Source of the DNA: Mobula hypostoma
Lineage: Eukaryota
Direction of reading: 5' to 3'
NCBI RefSeq assembly: GCF_963921235.1
Contig: NC_086097.1
Coordinates: 107,448,001 to 107,512,000 of the forward strand
DNA length: 64,000 bases
Shown here: positions 24,596-37,179 of the stretch, in pieces
Position numbering within the stretch: position 1 is the stretch's first letter
Layout of the letters: each line of letters starts with the position of its first letter
Position numbers and translations under genes: made by a program
The notes under the pieces: generated by a model
Databases searched by the model: none
What the model was told of the DNA's origin: nothing
The model's input: the letters and a program-made list of their open reading frames with translations, nothing else

Positions 24596-26665
24596 CCACT
24601 TTATAACAATGAGCAACAGACCACAGTGAACCTGTTGCAATGAACAAGAATTTAAATGGCACAATTTTAGAAATTATACTCAACTATTTCTCAATAATAT
24701 AATCATTTCTAGCAAATCATTTTAGGCATATCCTTGATTTTTGAATTTCAGAATCTTTGTAGACTCTGCTTGCCACTCACTAAAGTTCATCTTCAGGAAC
24801 TGATGACAAAGCATCTTCTGGTTAATCCTAGAGAGAATGGCAGAACTGATGACTGACGAGATAAGAGTGTTCACAGTCATTACTTTCAAACTTGTCATTG
24901 TTACAAAATACATTCGCTACTCAGTTTATCTGATGCATTTTCCAGGCATTTTGAATAGCACCTTAAACATAATAGGAAATCCTGAGGCACTTCACAGAGC
25001 AGTGAATGGAAAATAAAACACTGGATCAAGAGGGGAGAGATTATAAGGGAAGAGCTAAAACTTGGCCAAGTGAGAGATTTGGAGCATTTCTTGAAGAAGT
25101 TAGAGAGATTTACAGAAATAAATCCAAAAATAAATATATATGTCAGGGCCCCAGCAGGGTGGTGAAGGTGCAAAGATATGGATGTGTATCTGGTTTGTTG
25201 TTTACATTTATTTCACACTCCTTACTATCTGATTGTGTGTAGTTTTTTATTGATTCTATCGTATGTCATTGTTCTACAGTGGATGCCTGCAAGACAAAGA
25301 GTCTCAGGGTTGTATATGGTGACATACAGTATATGAACCTTGATAATAAATTTATTTTGTACTTCGTACCTCAACCGTATTCAATCAAATCAAATCAAGT
25401 TTAATTATCATTCAACCGAACAAGAATACAGCCAAACGAGACAGCGTTCTTCTGGGGCCGAGGGGCAAAATATACACAGCACATGCAATACACCGAGAGA
25501 GAAAAAATACAGTCACCAAGAAGCACATGTTCTCCTGTTGACCATCAGTTCTATTGACTTGTAATGGAACCAAACATCAGGATGGATGTAAATTGGACAA
25601 CAAATTTAAAAGTACCAGTTTATCACAGATGACTAAACATTCATTTAACATTTCTATAGAAAAACTTGGAGCTTGTGGAATGTTTCAAAAATAGGAGCCT
25701 TGGATTTTGCTGACAGTGGTAAGCCATTATCTTTCCTACATCTTTACTTCCAGTCCTTACTGGGAAGGTTTTATACTGTATACCTTATACCAAGGTTTTT
25801 TACCTTGCATGACTTAATACCATCTCAGAGCAAACTTTTACCAGTGAAGTAGCTAAAAAATATTTGATAGCCATGTTAACCCTTCTTCTGACTTTGTCAG
25901 TCTTTGAAACTTCCAAAAAATTTGAATGTTTCTGACATAGGTGTATTCAATTGCATAAAGAGAATAAAAAACTAATACAAACATTAAAAAATTTACTAAG
26001 ATTTAAAAAAAACAATTAAGGGATCTATAATTTTATACAATTCATAACATTTAATTTGATTCATTTAAATAAAAAGAAATCCAAATGATCTCACACTTAT
26101 CTTATTCTCTAACAAATGAAAGGACTAGCTGTTCCTGCATCAGGTCTAAGCTACAGATAGTTCAGTGGACAGATTCCCTAGCATTAGCTGCAAGTTCATG
26201 CTTCATTGACAGTTTCTATGTTGTGTTGTGATGAAATTGCTAGCGAAGAGCAGCCTGCACGTTGAGAATTCTATGTGTGTGTGGGAATCCCAAACATTGT
26301 GAGATTTACTCAGTGGAATGATGGAACTCTCCTGCAAGACCCAGCCCAGTGACTGCTTAGATTCATCAGACAGTACTGCTATTTCCCTACTAAATAGGCA
26401 ATAAGATCTATCACAACAGATAAAATCTATTGAATACAAGACATCACCAAAATATGCTGCAATCACCTCAACTGGGAAAAAGTGTATTTCCTGTCATATT
26501 GAAATAAGGAATATTGAATTTCCAAAATCAATTGTAGTATTAAGTATTACATTAGTTCTCTAGACTAGATTTTCCTCCACATTCTCTCCAGAAATTGAAT
26601 GGGATGGGGCTTAGTAGAGGCACCTTCTCATTCCATTTCAGCCTGAACACCTTTCCTTTTTCAAT

Positions 26666-26820
26666 TCTTCATTCTGTCTGGGTTCTTCACTCACTACTGT
26701 AATGTCTTAATTTTGTCTGGGTTCTTCACTCACTACTGTAATATCTTCATTCTGTCTGGGTTCTTCATTGACTACTGTAATTCTTCATCTTGTCTGGGTT
26801 CTTCACTCACTACTGTAACT
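26666..26820. repeat. ~39-bp minisatellite, 4 copies
   Basis: tcttcattctgtctgggttcttcactcactactgtaa repeated. Confidence 0.9.
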
Positions 26821-27014
26821 TGTTCTCGTCTCCTTGCATCATCACTGGGACACTGTGACACTAAAAGATGGGTTGATCTATCAAGTTCAAGTTCATTTTT
26901 TGTCATTTAACCATACAGATGTATACCACCAAACAAAGCAATGTTCCTCCAGTCCAAAGTGCACAACATAGTACAGATAACTCACACACATAAAGTAATA
27001 TTACCACAAATAAT

Positions 27015-27332
27015 AGGAACCACCAGGTTCAAGACAATTACTGCCCCTCAACCATCGGGCTCTTGAACAAAAGAGTTCTATTGAGATGTTCTCACACCCA
27101 ATGACCTCACTTTAAGGACTCTTTATCTTGTTATTTCATGCTCTTGTTATTTATTGCTATTTATTTATATTTGCAGTTTGTTGTCTTCTGCACTCTGGTT
27201 GATCTTTCAATGATCCTGTTATAGTTACTATTGTATAGATTTGCTGAGTATGCCCACAGAAAAAAAGAACCTCAAGGTTGTATGTGGTGACATATATGTA
27301 CTCAGATAATAAAATTTACTTTGCACTTTGAA
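27015..27332 (+). mobile_element. Rex1-type 3' tail fragment; sister copy 33205-33531
   Basis: caaccatc.ggctcttgaa...gataataaaatttactttg shared between the copies. Confidence 0.7.
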
Positions 27333-27384
27333 GCCTGTGACGCAAATGCAGCATATTACTCATTCATTTATTTGTTAAACTGGG

Positions 27385-27670
27385 TACCATGATAGCGTAG
27401 CGGTTTGTGCAATGCTATTGCAGCTCGGGGTGTCGGAGTTCGTCATCTGTAGGGAGACTGTACATACTCCCCATGGAATTCATGGGTTTTCCCAGGGTGC
27501 TCCAGTTTCCTCCCACAATCCAAAGACAGACTGATAAGTAGGCAAATTGGTCATTGTAAGTTGTCTCATGATTAAGTTAGGGTTAATTTGGGGGTTACTG
27601 GGCAGTGCAGCTCAAAGAACCAGATGACCTATCCTGTGCTGTATCTCAATAAATAAGTAAAATAAATACA
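27385..27670 (+). mobile_element. V-SINE-like element
   Basis: Similar to 3965-4266; (TAAA)n tail. Confidence 0.7.
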
Positions 27671-28749
27671 TAATGAAAAGTAAGCAGTATAATGCCATTG
27701 GCTCTTCATTTGTGATGAGAGCTGGGAGGTGGCAGTGAGTTCAATAGTCTAATGAAGAAGCTGATTCCCATCCTTACAGTTCCTGTCTATAGTACTACCT
27801 GGCCTGCCTGGTGGTAGGGGTCAATATGACTGTTGGACAGATCAGACGGGTCATTGAAAATGCTAAGGGCCCTAGATGCACAGAGCTCCTGATAAATATC
27901 TCTGATGGATGATCCTGGTCACTTATGCTGCCTGAACTAGGGAATGACTTGGGAGAGGAGAATATGGCAGAATTCCAGATCTACTACTATGGAATGCCAA
28001 AGAGAAAAAAACACCACACCATTAAGTGCATGTTAGCTTGAAATGGTGTTACTGTTCTCATATCCGTGCGCACCATTCTGAACAAACCCTCAAACACATA
28101 AATTCTTATTCCAAAAATAAACTTTATTCACAAAAATGTATAACAAGAAATACAAAAAACAATGTAAACCCACATGATGAAATACAGTATAACATCAATG
28201 TTGAGTTTAATGATATTAAAAAGGCATGGGGTAAGATCCACATGCCACCAGTTTAAAAGAAGAGAAAGAAGACTGTTAACATGAGAATTACAACGCGTTA
28301 GCTGAGCAAGTGAAAAGGGAAAAGGAAAACTGTGACAAATTATGAATCAGTGTGACACATGCACTAAAAAGTCTTAAGAGTAGATTTGTGCATTAACTGA
28401 GTGAGGGAACAACAGAATAAGTGTAATCAGATTGAAATGCACTGTGTGACACTCAGGGACAAACTGAAGCAGTATAACATAGCAAGGACCTCAGAGAGGC
28501 GGTCCTGTCCCTGGTCCTCCTTATCTTGACACACTCCCTACATTGGTCAATAATCTGAAGCAGTGCCACCATGTGACCTCGGAGGCACTCCAGGATGGAC
28601 ATGATACAGACTCTACTAAACCCTTGAGTAGCTCAAGTGAAGGTGTTTGTCACAACTTGCCCCAGCAAGTGAAGCCACACAGATGGATTCTATGAAAGGA
28701 GGCAGATGCTTTCTTACCAGCCATTTGAACTGGGTAAAAATCGATAAAT

Positions 28750-29209
28750 GGTCCAAAAATCGAAAAATGGTCCATACCGTTCCGACTGAATGGAAGTGCA
28801 CTGAGAACGGTAAGTGTAAAGGAATTGGGTGCTTACTGTTCTGGCTAACAACAGATGGTTCAATCCGGGGTATATTACGATCGAGGAACGTGTTTGCAGA
28901 CTGGGTATTGAACTTTTTACTGTTGGACTTCGGCCACATTCCACCGTAATACAACACTTGGCGGCACGGGAGGTCGTTCCTGCCTGTGGCCATCGAACGT
29001 GCAGCTCCTCCCATGGAAGGTCAGACACCCTGAGCCAATAGACTGGTCCTGGACTTATTTTCCATCTGGCATAGTTTGCATTTTGGTGTTTGATTGTTGG
29101 GGTTTTTTGTATTGCTACATTTATGCTCTATTCTTGGTTGGTGCGGCTGTAACGAAACGAAATTTCTCTCAGGATTAATAAAGTATAACTATCTATCTAT
29201 CTATCTATC
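28750..29209 (+). mobile_element. Internally deleted Rex1 derivative (EN fragment fused to the 3' end)
   Basis: ORF 28829..29041 LTVLANNRWFNPGYITIEERVC..IELFTVGLRP joined to SDTLSQ*, matching 15100-15260; (TATC)n tail. Confidence 0.75.
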
Positions 29210-29440
29210 AAAGAGGTCTGGTGTTCTAAAAAACAAAATTCAGAGATGAAGGGTGAATTTTAAAGTACTGTATTAAGAACTTATACAGCCTTTCACCATA
29301 TGATGACATTCAGATTCGGGCTACTATGTTGTCTCCTTGGCAAATGAGACAGTTAATGTGAACAACAAATTTGGCTATGTGATAGCAGTCTTAACTCAAG
29401 AACATGGAGATCAACAGCATCCCATTGGCCACTACTCCGC

Positions 29441-30668
29441 TGTATTGGAGGGGTCGTGACTGTCTCGTGACAGCACTGCCCATTTACCTGGTCGAAAGAC
29501 GCACCACCTGCCAATCAAGGTTTGATCCCTCCTTGCCCATCAATGTACACCTAACCATTGGCCCTTTAATTAGCCTTGTACTTGACCTTGGGTAATTGGC
29601 CTTTGTAATCAGCTTGACCCTGCTGGCACCAAGAGCCATTGGCTTCCCTGTGAATCACCTGGGCTGGGCTCATCAGCCCTGCCGCACTATAAGGGAAGCC
29701 ACGTGTGCTTGACCCTCTCTCTTTTTTGCTACCTCCGAGGTACCACCCTGCCGTTGGTGAGTTGTGCATTGAATAGGGTTAGGGGTGTCGGTATCATCCC
29801 TAATATCTTAAGAGCCGTGCCCGCACAGAGTCAAGGGTGTTGGGTGTCGTAGTGACTTTTCCCTTGGTTGTGTGTGTGTGTGTACTTTGTCCCTTTACGA
29901 TTTTATTAATTGTCCGCGTGTGTTTTACTGCTGATTTAGATTTAGATTATGAAGACACGCAGTCCTCTTTTATTGTCATTTAGTAATGCATGCATTAAGA
30001 AATGATACAATATTTCCTCCGCTGTGATATCACAAAACACAGGACAGACCAAGACTGAAAAAACTAACAAAACCACATAATTATAACATATAGTTACGAC
30101 AGTGCAACAATACCATAACTTGATGAAGAACAGTCTATGGCACAGTAAAAGAGTTCAAAGTCTCTCAAATGTCCCACATCTCCCGCAAACGGGAGAGGAA
30201 AGAAAACTCTCCCAGCCATGCCTGACCACATTCTGATTCTGAGTCGTCCGAAAACTTCGAGCCTCCAATCAGCCCTCCGACACCGAGTACCAAGCGCCAT
30301 CTCTATCCGAACGATTTGACCTCAATCTCGGTCGCCAGCAGCAGGCAAAGTCAGGGATTTTGAGGCCTTCCCTCCGGAAGATTCCCGATTGCGCAGTAAC
30401 AGCAGCAGCGAACTGGCGTTTCAGAAGTTTCTCCAGATGTTCCTCTGTGCTTTCACGTCTGTCTCCATCAAATCAGAATTGTCCATGGCCCCTATTTAAC
30501 GGAAACAATATCATTTTCACCGGAGGGCTGGGCGCGCGTGTGTGTGTGTGTTGCTTCTGTTGCCATTTTCCCACGTTTGCCTTCTGTAAATAAAATTCTT
30601 TACTACCAAGACTGTGTCCAGAGTTCTCGCCTTTGAGACCTATCGAATCTGTTTCCTCACTGACAACA
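29441..30668 (+). mobile_element. Solo LTR with 5-bp TSD, containing a nested insertion
   Basis: TGT...ACA termini; TSD tccgc at 29436-29440 and 30669-30673; CCAAT boxes, TATAA ~29688, AATAAA ~30589. Confidence 0.85.
29933..30540 (-). mobile_element. Non-coding SINE-like retroelement (family of 35033-35684)
   Basis: Aligns by eye with 35033-35640; (ATCTAA)n-type tail. Confidence 0.8.
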
Positions 30669-31514
30669 TCCGCCAAATAGGATAATGTAGCCCAATAAGA
30701 TGGGGGTCTGTGTTTGTGAGCAGGGCAAGCAACAGTCTGGCAGTCATAGCTGTTTCTAGCATTGTGCTCAATCAGGTTTTGAACGTCTGATGTTCTTGCT
30801 CAGTACACCTTACTGGCAATGAATAGTGCCTATCAAATAACAGCTGCTCAGTGGTCCAAATGGTCACTATTCTTGAGTCACCTCACATCGTCCTCCAGCC
30901 ACTAGTCCAGTGAATCCAGTTACACTGTTTCTCTTGGACATGGAGGACTATGATTACCATAACTGTGCAAGAATTATATAATGCCATGAAGATGCAAACC
31001 ACCAGAAAGAGATGTCTCCAATCCACATCCAGCTCTGATTCTGTTCACTGATGACTCCTCAACAATTGTGGGGGGATGGAGTCAGAATGGCTAAATAGGC
31101 ATTGATTCTGAAACTGGAGTACTGGTATCAAGAAGTATTGCTCCTGGTACCTCTGCCCAACAGGCAGAGTTAAAAGCCCTGTAAGATGGCAGAAGGAAAC
31201 CCAGCTAACATTCATATGGATTCTCAATTTTGGCTTTGTTCATATCTTTGGAAACATATGGAGGCAAAAAAGATTTCTTAAGGCTGTGAGAACCTCAATC
31301 AAGAATGGCCAAACATTTGAAAACCATGGAAATGCAGCAAGAAGTAGCAAAAAAGGTGACACAGAAAGAAGCAAAGGAAGCTAAAGAAATGAAAGAATTA
31401 CAAGTACGAGGATAAAATGAAGTGAACCCTTCAGGCGAAGTTATGGAAACACATTTGAACTCTCTTTTACAGAAAAACATACAGGATAATTGAAAGATGA
31501 AAGCTCAATGCTCC

Positions 31515-33120
31515 AAGATTCAAGATTGTTTAATATCATTTCCATACACAAGTGCAAAGAAGAATGAAATAATTGTTACTCTGGATCCAATGCAGCACAA
31601 AAAAAATGCCAAAAATAAAGAACATAATAATAATGAAAATCACAATAAATATAAATACATAAGATAGATTATATACATAGATTGATTATATGTCCCTAAA
31701 GTGATGCTAGGTTCTACATAAGGCAATTGGCGAGAAGTAATAAAGTAGTGGTGGAGTTTGTGGGTGAAAGCCTCACTATTTGGGAAAAAACATCTGTTTT
31801 CTGAGTCTGGTAGTCTGGGTGTGGACGCTATGTAGCCTCGTTCCTGATGGGAGTGGGACAAACAGTCCATGAGAAAGGTGGGTAGGATTCTTCATGATGT
31901 TACTGGTTCTTTTCTGTATCTATGTCCTTGATGGTGGGTAGGCTGGTGCAGTAATGCATTGGGCAGTTCTGACTACATATTGTAGAGCCTTCCTGTCTGC
32001 CACAGTGCATTTTCTGTACCAAGCAGTAATGCAGCTTGTCAGGATGTTCTCTACTGTGTATCTGTAGAATGATGTGAGTGTGGATGTGCAAAGTCAGCCT
32101 CCTCAGAAAGTAAAGCTGTCTGTGAACTTTCTAGACTTTGTAGGATGTGTTCTGGGACCATGAGAGGTTGTGTGTGATGTGCACTCCCAGAAGTTTGAAA
32201 CTGCTGTACCGCTAATGTAACAGGGAGTGTGAGTGGTGCAAATTCTGGTCAATAACCATTTTCTTTGTCTTGTTGGCATTAAGGAACAGGGTTTTGCCTG
32301 GCACCTGGCCTCAAGCTCTTCCACCTCTTCTCTGTAGATGTCCCATTGTTATTGGTGATGAACCCCCTCGTCATTGACAATATGATTACTCAAGTGTTTA
32401 GCCATGCAGTCATAATAATACTTTATTGATCTGGAGTGGGAAATTCTTCATGTGTGAGAAGAGTGTACAGCAGTGGGCTCAGCACACATCCCTGGGGGGA
32501 GGGACACCCTTGATGAGGATGATGGGGAGGGAGGAGCATGTGTGCATTCTGACTATCAGAGGTCTGTTGGTTAGGAAGTCCATCGCACAGTTGCAGAGTA
32601 GTGTATTTAGACCCAGGAGTAGTAGTTTGTTCACTAAAGTCTGTGGGACAATAGAGTTGAATGCTGAACTGAAATCCAGAAGCAGCATTCTGACTTGGGT
32701 GTCCTTGTTTTCGAGATGTGTCAGGGACAGGTACAAGACAGATGCTAAGGATGATAGTGACTGATTTGAAGCATTTGGGGACAGTGGCCTGGGTGAGTGA
32801 AGTGTTGAGGATGTTCGTGAATATCTCAGTAGGCTGGTGTGCATACTCCCAGAATACTCAGCCTGTCGGCCTGTGATGTTGTCTGGCCAGACTTCCTTAC
32901 AGGGGTTGACTTTCTGCAGACAGGGCTGCTCACCTGGCCAACACTGTGTTGCATGCCTCGATGCGTGCATAAGAGTTGCTTACAGCATGACCATACACTT
33001 CCCTACACTGCCACTTCTTTGCTCATTCACCTGTCTAACTCCTTGTGCAGACTCCCTGCTTTCACAACACTACCTGCCCTTCACATCATCCAAACCTATC
33101 TGGACAAATGAATGGAATCA
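31515..33120 (-). mobile_element. Decayed Rex1/Babar LINE inserted in ERV-A pol
   Basis: ORF 32479..32970 THLENKDTQVRMLLLDFSSAFNSIVPQ..DFLTNRP. Confidence 0.85.
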
Positions 33121-33532
33121 CTGAATAATGACTGACTTAAGTTTCATGAAGAGGGCATACTATGGCCTATTGTCCTTCCCAAGGCATCAACGCTAAATTA
33201 AACCCATTTAAGGTGGTCATCAACCATCAGGCTCTTGAATAAAAGGGAATAATTACATTCGCTTGCCCCATCACTAAAATGTTCCTACAACCAATGATCT
33301 CACTTTAGGGACTCTTTCTCATTGCTTATCTCATGTTCTCAATGTTTATTACTATTTATTTATATTTGCATTTACACAGTTTGTTGCCTTCTGCACTCTG
33401 GCTGATCTTTCATTGATCCTGTTATAGTTACTATTCCATAGATTTGCTGAGTATGCCCGCAAGAAAATGAATCACAGGGTTGCATATGGTGACATGTGTG
33501 TACTTTGCTGATAAAATTTACTTTGAACTTTA

Positions 33533-33850
33533 ACAGGAGTACCCATGTCATCACCTGGAGCTATAGATCTCAGAGAGGCTGACTTACACTTACGACAGTC
33601 ATTTTAGTTTACTATTGTGTGAAACTAACACAAACTTTTCAGTCTGCTTCTCAGCAGGTTTCTGCTACTTGGAGTGATCCAGCAGCAGGAGGATACACCC
33701 TGATTCCTAGTGAGTAGGTCCTGATCGAGAAAGCACATAAGGAGCCATTGGCAGCTTGGTGGGAAGGACCAAGTGCTGTTGATTATTGATTCAGCAGTAA
33801 AGGATGAAGGCAAAAGTAAGTGAATACATGCTAGCCACTGCAAGGGAACT
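33533..33850 (+). pseudogene. pol: ERV-A integrase C-terminal relic
   Basis: TGVPMSSPGAIDLREADLHL..YYCVKLT..WWEGP.VLLIIDSAVKDEGKSK*IHASHCK (GPY/F module). Confidence 0.85.
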
Positions 33851-33945
33851 GACGAAGGCAACAAGCTACAGTGAGCAAAGCACCGATCAGTTGTGGAACG
33901 AAGTCGTGAAGTACTGGATTTATTGTTTATTCCAGTGTTGTTGTA

Positions 33946-36222
33946 CAGGTCCTATGAAAAGTATTCACCCAAAAGTTTTCATGTTTTATTGTTTTACAAC
34001 ATTGAATCAAAGTGGATTTAATTTGGCTTTTTTTTGACACTGATCAACAGGAAAAGACTCTTTCATGTCAAAGTGAAAACAGATCTCTACAAAGTGAGCT
34101 AAATTAATCACAAATCTAAAACATAAAATAATTGATTGTATAAGAATTCACCCCCTTCAGGTCAGTATTTAGTAGATGCACCTTTGGCAGCAAATACAGT
34201 CTAGAATCTGTGTGGATAAATCTCTGTCAGATTTGCACATCTGGACACTCAAATTTTTCCCCATTCTTCTTTGCAAAACTGCTCAAACTCTGTCAGATTG
34301 CATGGGGATCACGAGTGAACAGCCCTTTTCAAGTCCAGCCACAAATTCTCCATTGGATTGAGGCCTGGACTCTGTCTTGGCGACTCCGGGACATTAACAT
34401 TGTTGTTTTTAAGCCATTCCTGTGTAGTTTTGGCTTTATGCTTGGGGTCATTGTCTTGTTGTAAAACAAATCTTCTCCCAAGTAGCAGTTCATTTGCAGA
34501 CTGCATTGGGTTTTCCTCCAGGATTTCCCTGTATTTTGCTGCATTCATTTTACCCTCTACCTTGACAAGCTTTCCAGGGTCTGCTGCAGTGAAGCATCCC
34601 CACAGCATGATGCAGCCACCATCATGCTTCACAGTAGGGCTGGTGTGTTTTTGATGATGTGCGGTGTTTGGCTTACGCCAAACATAGTGTTTAGTCTGAT
34701 GCCAACAAGCTCAATTTTGGTTTCATCAGACCATAGAACCTTGTTCCATCTGACACCAGATTCTCCCACATGCCTTCTGGCAAACTCTGGCTGAGATTTC
34801 ATGTGTTTTTTTTTTCAACAGTGGCTTTCTCTTTGCCACTCTCCCATAAAGCTAGGACTGGTGAAGCACCTGGGCAACAGTAGTTACATGCTCATTCTCT
34901 CCCATCTCAGCCACTGAAGTTGTTAACGCCTCCAGAGTTGTCATAGGTCTTTTGGTGGCCTCCCTCACTTCTTGCACCATCACTCAGTTTTTGAGAACAG
35001 CCTGCTCTAGGTAGATTTAAAGCTGTGCCATATTAGATTAGATTAGATTATGAGGACACACAGTCCTCTTTTATTGTCATTTAGTAATACATGCATTAAG
35101 AAATGATACAATGTTTCTCCAGAATGATATCACAGAAACACAAGACAAACTGACTAAAAAACTGACAAAAACCACATAATTATAACATATACTTACAACA
35201 GTGCATAGCAATACCATAATTTGATAAAGAACAGACCATGGGCACGGTAAAAAGTCTCAAAGTCTCTCGAAAGTCCCATCATCTCATGCAGACGGTGAAC
35301 CTCCAGCTCTGCAAACTTGCCGATGCAGCATCCCGGAAGCTTCCGACCACAGTCCGACTCCGAGTCCATCCGAAAACCCCAAGCCTCCGTCCAGCTCTCC
35401 GACACCGAGCACTGAGCACCATCTCTGCCGAGCGCTTCAACCCTGGCCCAGGCAACAGGCAATAGACAAAGCCAAGGATTTGGGGACTTCCCCTCTGGAG
35501 ATTCTCCATTGCAGTAGCAGCAGCAGCGAAGCGGGCATTTCAGAAGTTTATCCAGGTGTTCCTCCGTGCTTCTCATGGCTGTCTCCATCAAATCAGGATT
35601 GTGCACGGCCCCTAGTTAACACATACAATATCATTTGGAATGGCCGCACAGGCTGCATCGCACCGCCATCTTCTCCTCCCTCCCTATTCTTTCCATTTCT
35701 TGATGATTGACTTAACTGTACAAGGGATATTCAGTGACTTGGAAATTTTCTTGTATCCATCTCCTGACATGTGCTTTTCAATAACATGTTCTCGGAGTTG
35801 CTTTGAGTGTTCTTTTTCCTTCACGGTGTAGTTTTTGCCAGGATACTGATGCATCAGCATTTGGACCTTCCAGATTCGGGTGTATTGTTGCTACAATCTA
35901 CTGAAACACCTTGACTGTGCGCAGGTGATCTCCATTTAACTAATTATGTGAGTTCTAAAACCAACTGGCTGCACCAGTGATGATTTGGTATGTCATATTA
36001 AAGGGGGAGTATTTGTGCAATCAATAATTTTCTGTTTTATATTTGTAATTAATTTGTATCACTTTGTAGAGATCTATTTTCACTTTGATATGAAAGTGTC
36101 CTTTTCTGCTGATCGGTGTCAAAAAAGCCAAATTTAATCCACTGTAATTCAATGTTGTAAAACAATAAAACACGAAGACTTCCAAGGTTGTGGGGTGGGC
36201 TAAATACTTTTTATAGGCACTG
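33946..36222 (-). mobile_element. Full-length decayed Tc1 transposon with long TIRs
   Basis: TA flanks; ~200-bp TIRs (33946-34160 / 36000-36222); ORF 34309..34632 KHDGGCIMLWGCF..QQDNDPKH..QSPGLNPMENLW. Confidence 0.93.
35033..35684 (-). mobile_element. Apparently full-length non-coding SINE-like retroelement inside Tc1
   Basis: 5' end GGAGAAGATGGCGG; 3' AATAAA, GAGGAC/GTCCTC hairpin and (TAATC)n tail; three copies in the window. Confidence 0.8.
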
Positions 36223-36224
36223 TA

Positions 36225-36707
36225 TTTCTACCGGCTTTAGAAAGAGTAGGCAATGACACTACTGGCGCCTTGCAGAAAGTGACAACAGAAATGGCTGCAA
36301 CGCATGAGATGGTACTTCAAAATCATATGGCATTAGATCTTCTCATAACAGTTAAGGGGGGAATGTGCAATAATAGGGAAGGAGGTTGTACTTACATACC
36401 TGTTGAGTGTGATGACATACAGTAACCGATATGGCTGATCATATTTGTAAAGAAGTAGCTAAGATACATCAATCTGATGGACGGGATTTTTTTTGACTGG
36501 ATTGAATGAAATCTAGGAAATTGCAGTTAATCAAAATTACAAGTTATAATATTTGCCCTGGTGTGCCTTATCATAATTTACATCTTAATTACTTGTATAA
36601 GGGCCATCATTAATAGAGCTGCTCAAACTCATGTGGGTGTATCGACTCAGTGTACATCTATTAATACTTATAAGCATGATCCATCTAAATATGACATAAT
36701 TGTATGA
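36225..36707 (+). pseudogene. env: ERV-A env transmembrane subunit relic
   Basis: ALERVGNDTTGALQKVTTEM..VLQNHMALDLLITVKGGMC..CTYIP (ISD and CX6CC-like); hydrophobic IIFALVCLIIIYILITCI. Confidence 0.88.
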
Positions 36708-36759
36708 ATACTCTTTGATGCTTTCATAATGCTGTTATTTTAAAATGTTTGCAGATCTG

Positions 36760-37147
36760 GCTGGTAAGGCAAGAAGACACAAATTCCCCTTATGTGTTTC
36801 AAAACTTTGTTTTTGAAGACAGAATTGAGGAAGTATTAAAATACTTACCTAGATATGCATGGGCCCCTCTCACTCTGCCTATTCAGTGGTACTGTTCACG
36901 ATCCAGCCCATCAGTGAGGCCCCAGGAAATTGCCCCGAGCCCTGACTGCTCTACTTTCATACCCACGCTACTGATATAAAATACTGTGGTAGGTGGACCA
37001 ATACATTGGCACAGGTTCAAACCAATGAACTAATCACCACTTGCCACCATTCTTCATGAGTCTCACGTGACTTTCACGTTCTCAAGGTCATATTCTCATG
37101 GTGATCAAGACATTTGACATGCACAAAGATGAATCCTTTACAATACA
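36760..37147 (-). mobile_element. Putative 3' LTR of ERV-B (distal end uncertain)
   Basis: Purine run aaggagcagga followed by TGT just after env; CCAAT/ATTGG boxes and a TATA-like tttatat. Confidence 0.4.
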
Positions 37148-37179
37148 TCCTGCTCCTTAAATGTTGCAAACCTGTTGCA

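Larger units (their letters stand above)
29355..31285 (+). pseudogene. pol: ERV-A pol relic: RT thumb, tether and RNase H (split by a solo LTR)
   Basis: GYVIAVLTQEHGDQQHPIGHYS|K*DNVAQ; ILESPHIV..VNPVTLF..HNC; LFTDDSS..GTSAQQAELKAL..NIHMDSQ..HIFGNIWRQKDFL. Confidence 0.85.
27915..36707 (+). mobile_element. Decayed, internally deleted endogenous retrovirus A (class I, gamma/epsilon-like); 5' boundary uncertain
   Basis: Collinear relics: possible gag (~27915-29350), RT thumb/tether, RNase H, integrase C-terminus, env TM. Confidence 0.8.

Noticed and set aside
26666..26820. CRISPR-like repeat array
   Set aside because: Head-to-tail repeats without unique spacers, no cas genes, vertebrate context
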